DNA of 64,000 nucleotides from NCBI RefSeq assembly GCF_054482595.1, contig NZ_CM137008.1; one strand, 5' to 3'. Shown piece by piece: positions 54,461 to 64,000 of this stretch (position 1 is its first letter; each line of letters starts with the position of its first letter). The notes under the pieces were generated by a model. It saw only the letters and a program-made list of their open reading frames with translations, ran no database searches and was not told where the DNA came from. The position numbers and the translations under genes were made by a program.

Positions 54461-54485
54461 ATAGCTGTGCAGATGGATAACGACA

Positions 54486-57011
54486 ATGCCTTTACGACGG
54501 TTCTCCCCAGGACTGAAAGCCCAGTTTGCCTTCGGCATGGTCTTTTTGTTCGTTCAGCCCGATGCCAGCGCTGCTGACATAAGTGCGCAGCAAATAGGTG
54601 GGGTGATTATTCCGCAGGCCTTCAGTCAGGCGCTTCAGGACGGCATGAGCGTCCCGCTCTATATTCATCTCGCCGGTAGTCAGGGTCGCCAGGACGATCA
54701 GCGAATCGGCAGCGCTTTTATCTGGCTGGATGATGGACAGCTACGCATCCGGAAAATACAGCTGGAAGAGAGTGAAGATAACGCCAGTGTCAGCGAACAA
54801 ACTCGACAGCAGCTGATGGCTCTGGCAAACGCCCCGTTCAATGAGGCCCTTACCATCCCCCTGACTGACAACGCGCAGCTGGATCTCAGCTTGCGCCAAC
54901 TGCTGCTGCAGCTGGTGGTCAAGCGCGAAGCGCTGGGCACTGTACTACGCTCACGTAGCGAAGACATCGGGCAGTCCAGTGTTAACACCCTCAGCAGTAA
55001 TCTGAGCTATAACTTCGGCATCTATAACAACCAGTTGCGTAACGGCGGGAGTAACACATCCAGCTATCTGTCGCTGAATAACGTTACTGCACTGCGCGAA
55101 CATCATGTGGTGCTCGACGGCTCGCTGTACGGGATCGGTAGCGGTCAACAGGACAGTGAATTATATAAAGCGATGTATGAACGCGATTTTGCCGGTCACC
55201 GATTTGCCGGTGGAATGCTCGACACCTGGAACTTGCAGTCCTTAGGGCCGATGACCGCCATTTCAGCAGGGAAGATTTACGGCCTTTCCTGGGGAAACCA
55301 GGCCAGCTCCACCATCTTCGACAGCAGCCAGTCAGCCACGCCAGTGATCGCCTTTTTACCGGCGGCGGGCGAAGTACATCTCACCCGTGATGGGCGGTTA
55401 CTAAGCGTTCAGAACTTCACCATGGGCAATCATGAAGTGGATACCCGGGGTCTACCGTACGGTATTTACGATGTGGAAGTTGAGGTGATCGTTAACGGTC
55501 GCGTGATCAGCAAACGCACTCAACGGGTCAATAAGCTGTTTAGCCGGGGGCGCGGCGTCGGTGCACCACTGGCGTGGCAGATATGGGGCGGTAGCTTTCA
55601 TATGGATCGCTGGTCGGAAAACGGGAAAAAGACGCGACCAGCTAAAGAGAGTTGGCTGGCAGGTGCCTCGACCTCCGGCTCACTGAGTACGCTTAGCTGG
55701 GCGGCAACGGGATATGGATACGATAATCAGGCGGTGGGTGAAACCCGTCTGACGCTGCCGCTTGGGGGAGCGATCAACGTTAACCTGCAAAATATGCTGG
55801 CCAGTGACAGCTCATGGAGCAACATCGCCAGCATCAGCGCCACTCTACCGGGAGGCTTTAGTTCGCTGTGGGTTAACCAGGAAAAAACCCGCATTGGCAA
55901 TCAATTGCGACGTAGCGATGCCGACAACCGTGCAATCGGCGGCACACTCAACCTGAACTCACTGTGGTCGAAGCTGGGCACATTCAGCATCAGCTACAAT
56001 GATGACCGCCGTTACAACAGCCATTATTACACGGCAGATTACTATCAAAATGTCTACAGCGGTCCCTTTGGTTCGCTTGGCCTGCGGGCCGGTATTCAGC
56101 GCTATAACAACGGCGACAGCAACGCCAATACAGGGAAATATATCGCTCTCGATCTCTCGCTACCACTGGGCAACTGGTTTAGCGCAGGGATGACTCATCA
56201 AAACGGCTACACCATGGCAAACCTGTCAGCACGCAAGCAGTTTGATGAAGGGACCATTCGCACTGTTGGTGCCAATCTGTCACGAGCCATCTCCGGCGAT
56301 ACCGGTGATGACAAAACTCTCAGTGGTGGGGCGTATGCACAGTTCGACGCTCGCTACGCCAGCGGAACGCTGAACGTCAATAGCGCGGCGGACGGCTACG
56401 TCAATACCAATTTAACCGCCAATGGCAGCGTCGGCTGGCAGGGTAAAAACATTGCTGCCAGCGGGCGGACTGATGGCAACGCTGGGGTGATATTCAACAC
56501 CGGGCTGGAGGACGACGGTCAGATCAGCGCCAAAATCAACGGGCGGATTTTCCCGCTTAACGGCAAGCGTAACTATCTCCCGCTCTCTCCCTATGGAAGA
56601 TATGAGGTGGAGTTACAGAACAGCAAAAACTCACTCGACAGTTACGATATCGTCAGCGGTCGCAAAAGTCATCTGACTCTCTATCCAGGCAATGTCGCTG
56701 TCATTGAGCCAGAGGTGAAGCAGATGGTTACCGTCTCCGGTCGTATCCGTGCGGAAGACGGCACACTGCTGGCTAACGCACGGATTAACAACCATATCGG
56801 CCGAACCCGAACCGATGAAAACGGCGAGTTTGTCATGGACGTGGATAAGAAATACCCCACTATCGATTTTCGCTACAGTGGCAATAAAACCTGCGAAGTG
56901 GCACTGGAACTCAACCAGGCGCGCGGTGCCGTCTGGGTCGGTGATGTGGTCTGCAGCGGCCTCTCATCGTGGGCGGCGGTGACGCAGACAGGAGAAGAGA
57001 ATGAGAGTTAA
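54486..57011 (+). CDS. ecpC: ECP outer membrane usher, 841 aa
   Basis: Large beta-rich protein with signal peptide; operon position and size. Confidence 0.92.
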   Translation: MPLRRFSPGLKAQFAFGMVFLFVQPDASAADISAQQIGGVIIPQAFSQALQDGMSVPLYIHLAGSQGRQDDQRIGSAFIWLDDGQLRIRKIQLEESEDNASVSEQTRQQLMALANAPFNEALTIPLTDNAQLDLSLRQLLLQLVVKREALGTVLRSRSEDIGQSSVNTLSSNLSYNFGIYNNQLRNGGSNTSSYLSLNNVTALREHHVVLDGSLYGIGSGQQDSELYKAMYERDFAGHRFAGGMLDTWNLQSLGPMTAISAGKIYGLSWGNQASSTIFDSSQSATPVIAFLPAAGEVHLTRDGRLLSVQNFTMGNHEVDTRGLPYGIYDVEVEVIVNGRVISKRTQRVNKLFSRGRGVGAPLAWQIWGGSFHMDRWSENGKKTRPAKESWLAGASTSGSLSTLSWAATGYGYDNQAVGETRLTLPLGGAINVNLQNMLASDSSWSNIASISATLPGGFSSLWVNQEKTRIGNQLRRSDADNRAIGGTLNLNSLWSKLGTFSISYNDDRRYNSHYYTADYYQNVYSGPFGSLGLRAGIQRYNNGDSNANTGKYIALDLSLPLGNWFSAGMTHQNGYTMANLSARKQFDEGTIRTVGANLSRAISGDTGDDKTLSGGAYAQFDARYASGTLNVNSAADGYVNTNLTANGSVGWQGKNIAASGRTDGNAGVIFNTGLEDDGQISAKINGRIFPLNGKRNYLPLSPYGRYEVELQNSKNSLDSYDIVSGRKSHLTLYPGNVAVIEPEVKQMVTVSGRIRAEDGTLLANARINNHIGRTRTDENGEFVMDVDKKYPTIDFRYSGNKTCEVALELNQARGAVWVGDVVCSGLSSWAAVTQTGEENES

Positions 57012-58644
57012 CCTACTGATAGCGATGATAATCTTTGCGCTAATCTGGCCAGTAACTGCGCTCAGAGCGGCAGTGAGCAAAACAACCTGGGCGGATGCAC
57101 CGGCACGCGAGTTTGTGTTTGTCGAAAACAACTCAGACGACAACTTTTTCGTCACTCCTGGCGGGGCGCTGGATCCGCGCCTGACCGGTGCCAACCGCTG
57201 GACCGGTTTAAAATACAATGGTTCAGGAACCATCTATCAGCAAAGCCTCGGCTACATTGATAACGGTTACAACACCGGCCTTTATACCAACTGGAAGTTT
57301 GATATGTGGCTGGAAAATTCACCAGTTTCATCTCCTTTAACTGGCTTGCGCTGCATCAACTGGTACGCTGGGTGTAATATGACCACCAGTCTTATCCTGC
57401 CGCAAACCACCGACACCAGTGGATTTTATGGCGCGACGGTGACCAGCGGCGGCGCGAAGTGGATGCACGGCATGTTGTCAGACGCGTTTTACCAGTATCT
57501 GCAACAAATGCCCGTCGGCAGCAGCTTTACAATGACCATCAATGCCTGCCAGACCTCTGTGAACTATGACGCCAGCAGCGGCGCACGCTGTAAGGATCAG
57601 GCCTCCGGCAACTGGTATGTTCGCAACGTCACCCATACGAAAGCAGCAAACCTACGGTTGATAAATACCCACTCGCTGGCGGAAGTATTTATCAACAGCG
57701 ACGGAGTACCGACTCTGGGCGAAGGGAACGCCGACTGCCGGACGCAAACCATCGGCAGCCGTTCAGGATTAAGTTGTAAGATGGTTAACTATACCCTGCA
57801 AACAAACGGACTCAGCAACACCTCAATCCATATATTCCCGGCGATCGCCAACTCGTCGTTAGCCTCGGCCATCGGGGCGTACGATATGCAGTTCAGTCTG
57901 AATGGCAGTTCATGGAAACCGGTGAGCAATACTGCCTATTACTACACCTTCAACGAGATGAAGAGCGCAGACTCGATCTATGTTTTCTTCTCGAGCAACT
58001 TCTTTAAGCAGATGGTGAACCAGGGAATCAGCGATATCAACACCAAAGATCTATTCAACTTTCGCTTTCAGAACACCACATCACCGGAGTCTGGCTGGTA
58101 TGAATTTTCTACCTCCAACACGCTGATTATCAAACCCCGTGATTTCAGCATCAGTATTATCTCCGATGAATATACTCAGACACCGTCGCGGGAGGGATAT
58201 GTTGGCAGCGGCGAGTCGGCACTCGATTTCGGCTATATCGTAACCACCAGCGGTAAAACAGCTGCCGACGAAGTGCTGATCAAGGTGACCGGACCCGCGC
58301 AGGTGATTGGCGGGCGCTCCTATTGTGTCTTCAGCTCCGATGACGGTAAGGCGAAAGTACCGTTCCCGGCGACGCTTTCCTTTATTACCCGCAACGGAGC
58401 TACAAAAACCTACGATGCCGGGTGCGATGATAGCTGGCGGGATATGACCGATGCGCTGTGGCTGACCACACCGTGGACTGATATCTCTGGCGAAGTGGGG
58501 CAGATGGATAAGACCACAGTCAAATTTTCGATTCCAATGGATAACGCCATTTCGCTGCGTACGGTAGATGATAACGGCTGGTTTGGCGAAGTCAGCGCTT
58601 CAGGAGAAATTCATGTTCAGGCGACGTGGCGTAACATTAACTAA
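57001..58644 (+). CDS. ecpD: ECP tip adhesin/polymerised minor subunit, 547 aa
   Basis: Signal peptide [23 protein letters not shown]; overlaps ecpC end by 11 nt. Confidence 0.92.
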   Translation: MRVNLLIAMIIFALIWPVTALRAAVSKTTWADAPAREFVFVENNSDDNFFVTPGGALDPRLTGANRWTGLKYNGSGTIYQQSLGYIDNGYNTGLYTNWKFDMWLENSPVSSPLTGLRCINWYAGCNMTTSLILPQTTDTSGFYGATVTSGGAKWMHGMLSDAFYQYLQQMPVGSSFTMTINACQTSVNYDASSGARCKDQASGNWYVRNVTHTKAANLRLINTHSLAEVFINSDGVPTLGEGNADCRTQTIGSRSGLSCKMVNYTLQTNGLSNTSIHIFPAIANSSLASAIGAYDMQFSLNGSSWKPVSNTAYYYTFNEMKSADSIYVFFSSNFFKQMVNQGISDINTKDLFNFRFQNTTSPESGWYEFSTSNTLIIKPRDFSISIISDEYTQTPSREGYVGSGESALDFGYIVTTSGKTAADEVLIKVTGPAQVIGGRSYCVFSSDDGKAKVPFPATLSFITRNGATKTYDAGCDDSWRDMTDALWLTTPWTDISGEVGQMDKTTVKFSIPMDNAISLRTVDDNGWFGEVSASGEIHVQATWRNIN

Positions 58645-59323
58645 GGCCCTGCTGACAGCGGTCTGTATGCTGGCGGCACCTTTGACACAGGCGATTTCGG
58701 TCGGCAATCTGACATTTTCGCTGCCGTCCGAGACTGACTTTGTCAGCAAACGTGTAGTGAATAACAACAAAAGCGCACGGATATACCGTATTGCCATCAG
58801 TGCTATTGATAGCCCGGGCAGCAGTGAATTGCGCACCCGACCGGTGGATGGTGAACTGCTTTTCGCCCCCCGCCAGCTGGCGTTGCAGGCTGGTGAGAGC
58901 GAGTATTTTAAATTTTACTATCATGGTCCACAGGATAACCGCGAGCGCTACTACCGGGTCTCATTTCGCGAGGTCCCCACTCGTAACCTGACAAAACGCA
59001 GCCCTACCGGCGGTGAGGTCAGCACGGAGCCGGTGGTGGTGATGGATACCATTCTGGTAGTACGACCACGTCAGGTTCAGTTTAAATGGTCCTTCGACAA
59101 GGTGACAGGAACGGTAAGTAACACCGGCAACACATGGTTTAAGCTACTGATTAAGCCAGGATGTGATTCGACCGAAGAGGAAGGCGATGCCTGGTATCTA
59201 CGTCCGGGAGACGTGGTTCATCAGCCTGAGTTACGTCAGCCGGGGAATCATTATCTGGTCTATAACGACAAATTCATTAAGATTAGCGATTCCTGTCCGG
59301 CTAAGCCCCCTTCGGCGGACTGA
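58613..59323 (+). CDS. ecpE: ECP second chaperone, 236 aa (ORF begins at 58568)
   Basis: Start [27 protein letters not shown] with signal peptide; overlaps ecpD 3' end. Confidence 0.9.
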   Translation: MFRRRGVTLTKALLTAVCMLAAPLTQAISVGNLTFSLPSETDFVSKRVVNNNKSARIYRIAISAIDSPGSSELRTRPVDGELLFAPRQLALQAGESEYFKFYYHGPQDNRERYYRVSFREVPTRNLTKRSPTGGEVSTEPVVVMDTILVVRPRQVQFKWSFDKVTGTVSNTGNTWFKLLIKPGCDSTEEEGDAWYLRPGDVVHQPELRQPGNHYLVYNDKFIKISDSCPAKPPSAD

Positions 59324-59635
59324 TACTTATCCATCGGTCGAGGGAAGAATTCCACCTCAGAGACTCAAAAAACGTTTAAATGATGTGGAAGCGATCGTCA
59401 ATGTCACCTGTAACGATGGGCTTTCTCATATGCACACCATAGTGTTCAGGAGACACAGAAAGGTATCAGGCTGCCTGCTAACGAGTGGTTTATTCACGAA
59501 ATAGTACGTAAAATCGGTAACGGCTGGAAATCATTCAATACTCACACTATCGAAAGTACACCAGCCAACCGCGGTACGTTCTTACATACGATGTACCGCT
59601 GTTCTCTTTACGATTTATAGCTGTACTGGTGAATT

Positions 59636-59965
59636 ATGAGCAATCTGAATCCATGCATGACGTGTGGTGCCTGTTGTGCATTTTTCCGCGTCTCTTTTTA
59701 CTGGGCCGAAGCCGACGATGCTGGCGGTACCATTCCCGCCAGGCTCACTGAACAAATATCCCCTTTTCACCGATGCATGAGCGGTACCAATCAGAAAAAC
59801 CCCCGATGTATTGCCCTTGCAGGAACCCCAGGCAAAAATGCCTGCTGCACGATATATAAAAATCGATCGTCCACGTGCAGAGAATTCGCCATGTCTGGTG
59901 AGAACGGAGAAGTCAATGAGGCTTGCAATCGTGCAAGGGCTAAATACGGGCTGACACCGTTATAA
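59636..59965 (+). CDS. ykgJ: cysteine-rich small protein (zinc/iron-chelating domain), 109 aa
   Basis: CxxCxxCC near the N-terminus ([10 protein letters not shown]) plus further Cys ([12 protein letters not shown]). Confidence 0.88.
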   Translation: MSNLNPCMTCGACCAFFRVSFYWAEADDAGGTIPARLTEQISPFHRCMSGTNQKNPRCIALAGTPGKNACCTIYKNRSSTCREFAMSGENGEVNEACNRARAKYGLTPL

Positions 59966-60211
59966 ATATACAATAATTAATTGCACTGCCCCGCCAGCGA
60001 TAATAGCGGGGCTTCGTTTTCAGGGACAACAAAACCCGAAACTTCTTGTATTTGCCAGCAACAATGCCTCTCTTCTGTAGCGTTCTTCGGATCTACATCA
60101 TCCTGAAGTAGCGCGATATACTCACTGACTATCTGAATCAGAATATAAAAAGCAATGTTTTTAACCTATAAAAATGGCGCTGTATTTGCGCCATTTTTAT
60201 CATTCAATGCA

Positions 60212-60826
60212 TTATCTGTTTGAGCCTAAGGGGATCTCAGGGTCTGGCTCATGAGTAATTCTGTTTCGTAAATCTCTGCGAATAATTTCAATGGACCAGA
60301 ACCAGACTAAATGTCCAAAAATTTCAGAAACATTCTCATACCACGGGAGATCAAAAAGAGGTGGTGTCAGTCCCATGAGAGGGAATGAAATCATATGAAC
60401 AAAAAGTTGGGCTAAAGCACCTGCCAGTAAGCCCTGCCAGAGTTTAATTTTTGGAAATACTTCAGCGACCACACAATAACCGACAGCAAACACTATCGAA
60501 AAGATAATGTGCGTAACACCAACCCAGTTAAAGATATGCCCGGCAAAGGTATAAACAGCCGCATTGGGATCTGTCAGCCCCAGCCAGTCTCGAAGAAAAA
60601 TATACGGAGGATTGAGAAAATTACGCGAGCAATCAATTTGCCCAGCAGCCCTGATTAATGATTCCGGGCCACACGCTGCATTAAACATATCCACCGGGCT
60701 ACGTGGAGGCAATGGAACTTCAGCCCCCCACTTCACAAATGCGGAAACAACGCCAGCAATCAGCCCAATGAATGCAGCAAGACCATAACGTCTGCGGTTC
60801 GGTGGAGTTTGTTCAAATATATTCAT
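60212..60826 (-). CDS. yagU: inner membrane protein (DUF1440), 204 aa
   Basis: Several hydrophobic helices; size and position match YagU. Confidence 0.88.
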   Translation of the reverse strand: MNIFEQTPPNRRRYGLAAFIGLIAGVVSAFVKWGAEVPLPPRSPVDMFNAACGPESLIRAAGQIDCSRNFLNPPYIFLRDWLGLTDPNAAVYTFAGHIFNWVGVTHIIFSIVFAVGYCVVAEVFPKIKLWQGLLAGALAQLFVHMISFPLMGLTPPLFDLPWYENVSEIFGHLVWFWSIEIIRRDLRNRITHEPDPEIPLGSNR

Positions 60827-61243
60827 ATCTACCCTGCTTGTACCATTATGTTATACACCTCTTTAGGAGTATTCATAAAACAAGGCGAATGTAAAGAACT
60901 GTATTGTTTTGTATAACAAGATGGTTGTCTAATCGCCAAAGAATATAAGCACCATCATTTCTCCCTATTTTTATATTAGAAGTGACATAGATTTGCAGGG
61001 TGATGCAGAGCTGACAATCACAGGTTTCCTTATCGGTTTTTGCATCGTACAACTCAAGCAATAAACCAGCTCCCATCATCATCAACATCCCGGCGAACAT
61101 GAATTTATTAGCCGGGCTCATAGCTGCATTCGCGTTTTAAGAATAATCCTCCTGCTGTCGCCGACTATGCTTAACGTTTAAAAAAGCATCAGCACTCTCG
61201 CAACGCACTCTTATTTTCCCCTTTAGAATACCGGAGGCCTGGT

Positions 61244-61933
61244 ATGAGCAACCAAGGCGAATACCCCGAAGATAATCGGGTTGGGAAGCACGAGCCGCAC
61301 GATTTTAGTTTGACCCGTCGCGATCTGATTAAAGTGAGCGCCGCAACGGCGGCGACCGCCGTGGTTTATCCTCATTCTACGCTTGCGGCAAGCGTTCCGG
61401 CAGTTACACCCGCGCCAGAGATAATGCCCCTGACACTTAAGGTGAACGGCAAAACCGAGCAGCTTGAGGTGGATACCCGAACCACGCTACTGGACGCTTT
61501 GCGTGAAAATCTGCATTTGATCGGTACCAAGAAAGGTTGCGATCACGGACAGTGCGGAGCCTGTACCGTGCTGGTCAATGGTCGCAGGCTTAATGCCTGC
61601 CTGACGCTTGCAGTCATGCATCAGGGGGCCGAGATCACCACCATTGAAGGCCTGGGTTCACCAGATAATCTTCACCCCATGCAGGCGGCCTTTATCAAGC
61701 ATGATGGCTTCCAGTGCGGCTACTGCACCTCCGGGCAAATTTGCTCATCAGTAGCGGTGCTAAAAGAGATTCAGGACGGCATTCCCAGTCACGTCACGGT
61801 CGATTTGGTTTCCCCTCCAGAAAGAACTGCCGATGAGATCCGTGAACGTATGAGCGGCAACATCTGTCGCTGTGGTGCATACGCTAACATCCTTGCCGCC
61901 ATTGAAGACGCTGCGGGGGAGATAAAATCATGA
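61244..61933 (+). CDS. paoA: periplasmic aldehyde oxidoreductase, 2Fe-2S subunit with Tat signal, 229 aa
   Basis: Twin-arginine motif [17 protein letters not shown]; 2Fe-2S cysteine motifs ([11 protein letters not shown] and [11 protein letters not shown]). Confidence 0.93.
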   Translation: MSNQGEYPEDNRVGKHEPHDFSLTRRDLIKVSAATAATAVVYPHSTLAASVPAVTPAPEIMPLTLKVNGKTEQLEVDTRTTLLDALRENLHLIGTKKGCDHGQCGACTVLVNGRRLNACLTLAVMHQGAEITTIEGLGSPDNLHPMQAAFIKHDGFQCGYCTSGQICSSVAVLKEIQDGIPSHVTVDLVSPPERTADEIRERMSGNICRCGAYANILAAIEDAAGEIKS

Positions 61934-62886
61934 AGGCGTTTACCTATGAACGAGTGAACACCCCGGCCGAGGCGGCACTTAGCGCTCAGCGCGTACCCGG
62001 CGCAAAATTTATCGCGGGCGGGACCAATCTGCTGGACCTGATGAAGCTGGAAATTGAAACGCCCACCCACCTTATCGATGTGAACGGGCTCGGGCTCGAT
62101 AAGATTGAAGTGACCGACGCGGGTGGGCTGCGCATCGGCGCACTGGTACGGAACACCGACCTGGCGGCTCACGAGCGCGTGCGTCGTGATTACGCGATAC
62201 TCTCCCGCGCCCTGCTCGCTGGCGCGTCTGGTCAGTTACGCAATCAGGCAACCACCGCAGGTAATCTGCTCCAGCGCACGCGCTGCCCCTATTTTTACGA
62301 CACCAATCAGCCCTGCAATAAGCGCCTGCCCGGGAGCGGCTGCGCGGCGCTTGAAGGCTTTAGCCGTCAGCACGCGGTGGTAGGCGTAAGCGAAGCCTGC
62401 ATTGCCACCCATCCGAGCGATATGGCGGTCGCAATGCGGTTGCTGGATGCGGTGGTGGAAACCATCACGCCGGAGGGAAAGACTCGCAGTATCACACTGG
62501 CTGATTTTTATCACCCACCGGGGAAAACGCCGCACATTGAAACCGCCCTGCTTCCCGGTGAGCTTATCGTTGCGGTGACGTTACCTCCGCCGCTCGGCGG
62601 AAAACATATTTACCGTAAGGTGCGCGATCGCGCCTCCTACGCCTTTGCCCTGGTATCGGTCGCGGCGATTATTCAGCCTGACGGCAGCGGGCGCGTCGCG
62701 CTGGGCGGAGTAGCACATAAGCCCTGGCGCATTGAGGCTGCGGATGCTCAACTATCCCAGGGGGCGCAGGCCGTATATGACGCGCTGTTCGCCAGCGCCC
62801 ATCCCACCGCTGAAAACACCTTTAAACTCCTGTTGGCGAAGCGAACGCTTGCCTCCGTACTGGCTGAAGCGAGGGCACAAGCATGA
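61930..62886 (+). CDS. paoB: aldehyde oxidoreductase FAD-binding subunit, 318 aa
   Basis: Start overlaps paoA stop; FAD-binding (CO dehydrogenase medium-subunit-like) fold, [11 protein letters not shown]. Confidence 0.92.
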   Translation: MKAFTYERVNTPAEAALSAQRVPGAKFIAGGTNLLDLMKLEIETPTHLIDVNGLGLDKIEVTDAGGLRIGALVRNTDLAAHERVRRDYAILSRALLAGASGQLRNQATTAGNLLQRTRCPYFYDTNQPCNKRLPGSGCAALEGFSRQHAVVGVSEACIATHPSDMAVAMRLLDAVVETITPEGKTRSITLADFYHPPGKTPHIETALLPGELIVAVTLPPPLGGKHIYRKVRDRASYAFALVSVAAIIQPDGSGRVALGGVAHKPWRIEAADAQLSQGAQAVYDALFASAHPTAENTFKLLLAKRTLASVLAEARAQA

Positions 62887-64000
62887 AATTTGATAAACCC
62901 GCAGGGGAAAACCCGATCGATCAGCTGAAGGTTGTCGGTCGTCCCCATGACCGCATCGACGGACCGCTGAAAACTACCGGCACGGCACGCTACGCCTACG
63001 AATGGCATGAAGAATCCCCCAACGCCGCCTATGGCTATATCGTCGGTTCCGCCATTGCCAAAGGACGCCTCACCGCCCTTGATACGGACGCCGCGCAAAA
63101 AGCGCCGGGCGTACTGGCTGTCATTACCGCCAGTAACGCCGGGGCACTCAGTAAAGGCGACAAAAACACCGCCAGGCTGTTAGGCGGCCCCACTATTGAG
63201 CACTATCATCAGGCCATTGCGCTGGTAGTGGCCGAGACCTTCGAACAGGCGCGAGCGGCGGCCTCGCTGGTGCAGGCGCACTATCGCCGTAATAAAGGAG
63301 CTTACTCCCTGGCGGACGAAAAACAGGCCGTCAGTCAGCCGCCGGAAGACACGCCCGACAAAAACGTCGGTGACTTTGACGGGGCTTTCTCCTCCGCTGC
63401 GGTGAAGATTGATGCTACCTACACGACCCCGGATCAGAGCCATATGGCGATGGAGCCGCATGCCTCGATGGCCGTCTGGGATGGAAATAAGCTTACTCTC
63501 TGGACCTCAAATCAGATGATTGACTGGTGCCGCACCGATCTGGCAAAAACGCTGAAAGTGCCCGTGGAGAATGTGCGTATTATCTCCCCGTATATCGGCG
63601 GAGGGTTTGGCGGCAAGCTGTTCCTGAGAAGCGATGCGCTGCTGGCAGCCCTCGCCGCCCGAGCGGTGAAACGTCCGGTTAAAGTGATGCTCCCCCGCCC
63701 CACTATTCCCAATAACACCACGCACCGCCCCGCCACCCTTCAGCACTTGCGTATCGGTGCCGACCAGAGCGGGAAAATCACCGCTATCTCACATGAAAGC
63801 TGGTCCGGAAACCTGCCCGGCGGCACGCCGGAAACGGCGGTACAGCAAAGCGAATTACTCTACGCCGGGGCAAACCGTCATACCGGCCTGCGGCTCGCCA
63901 CGCTTGATTTGCCGGAAGGGAACGCCATGCGTGCGCCCGGCGAAGCCCCCGGTCTGATGGCGCTCGAAATCGCGATCGACGAACTGGCGGAAAAAGCGGG
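62883..64000 (+). CDS. paoC: aldehyde oxidoreductase molybdopterin subunit, 5' partial (runs off window end)
   Basis: ATG at 62883 overlapping the paoB stop (ATGA); open frame continues to the window end ([27 protein letters not shown]...); absent from the ORF track because it has no stop. Confidence 0.9.
   Translation, partial: MKFDKPAGENPIDQLKVVGRPHDRIDGPLKTTGTARYAYEWHEESPNAAYGYIVGSAIAKGRLTALDTDAAQKAPGVLAVITASNAGALSKGDKNTARLLGGPTIEHYHQAIALVVAETFEQARAAASLVQAHYRRNKGAYSLADEKQAVSQPPEDTPDKNVGDFDGAFSSAAVKIDATYTTPDQSHMAMEPHASMAVWDGNKLTLWTSNQMIDWCRTDLAKTLKVPVENVRIISPYIGGGFGGKLFLRSDALLAALAARAVKRPVKVMLPRPTIPNNTTHRPATLQHLRIGADQSGKITAISHESWSGNLPGGTPETAVQQSELLYAGANRHTGLRLATLDLPEGNAMRAPGEAPGLMALEIAIDELAEKA

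Noticed and set aside
59163..59504. 113-aa plus-strand ORF overlapping the ecpE 3' end and downstream spacer
   Set aside because: Out of frame with and overlapping ecpE; no ribosome-binding site; composition looks non-coding.
60873..61121. 82-aa minus-strand ORF between yagU and paoA
   Set aside because: It lies in the paoA upstream region with a hydrophobic N-terminus but no clear ribosome-binding site or motif. It could be a small membrane protein, but the evidence is insufficient to call.

Overview
This window is a stretch of Escherichia coli chromosome covering the yah–bet–ykg–rcl–ecp–pao neighbourhood, read in the opposite direction to the usual K-12 map. All calls rest on reading the translated ORFs and the DNA by eye; no searches were run. 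The conserved backbone, in window order, is yahJ-yahI-(REP cluster)-yahG-yahF-yahE-yahD, yahC, yahB, pdeL(yahA), betT, betI-betB-betA, ykgH, ykgG-ykgF-ykgE, rclR, rclA-rclB-rclC, ykgA, fdeC/eaeH, ykgM-ykgO, ecpR-ecpABCDE, ykgJ, yagU and paoA-paoB-paoC (paoC runs off the end). Three blocks look accessory relative to the K-12 order as I recall it: (1) an AIDA-I/EhaA-type autotransporter between pdeL and betT; (2) between betA and ykgH, an AT-rich stretch followed by a FimB/FimE-family recombinase, a ~280-bp segment bounded by perfect 16-bp inverted repeats, two LuxR-type regulator genes and a second autotransporter; (3) between fdeC and ykgM, two aldo-keto reductases, a LysR regulator, a second LysR gene split by an intact IS2 with a 5-bp target duplication, an alpha/beta hydrolase and an Old-Yellow-Enzyme-type flavin oxidoreductase. 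The most interesting candidate is block (2), which looks like a fim-type invertible promoter switch controlling a regulator/adhesin module; it resembles the ipuA–ipuS–ipuR–upaE locus reported in uropathogenic E. coli, so it may not be new. Three long perfect palindromes with a single-base centre, the poorly characterised yahD–yahJ cluster and several regulatory sites are also flagged.
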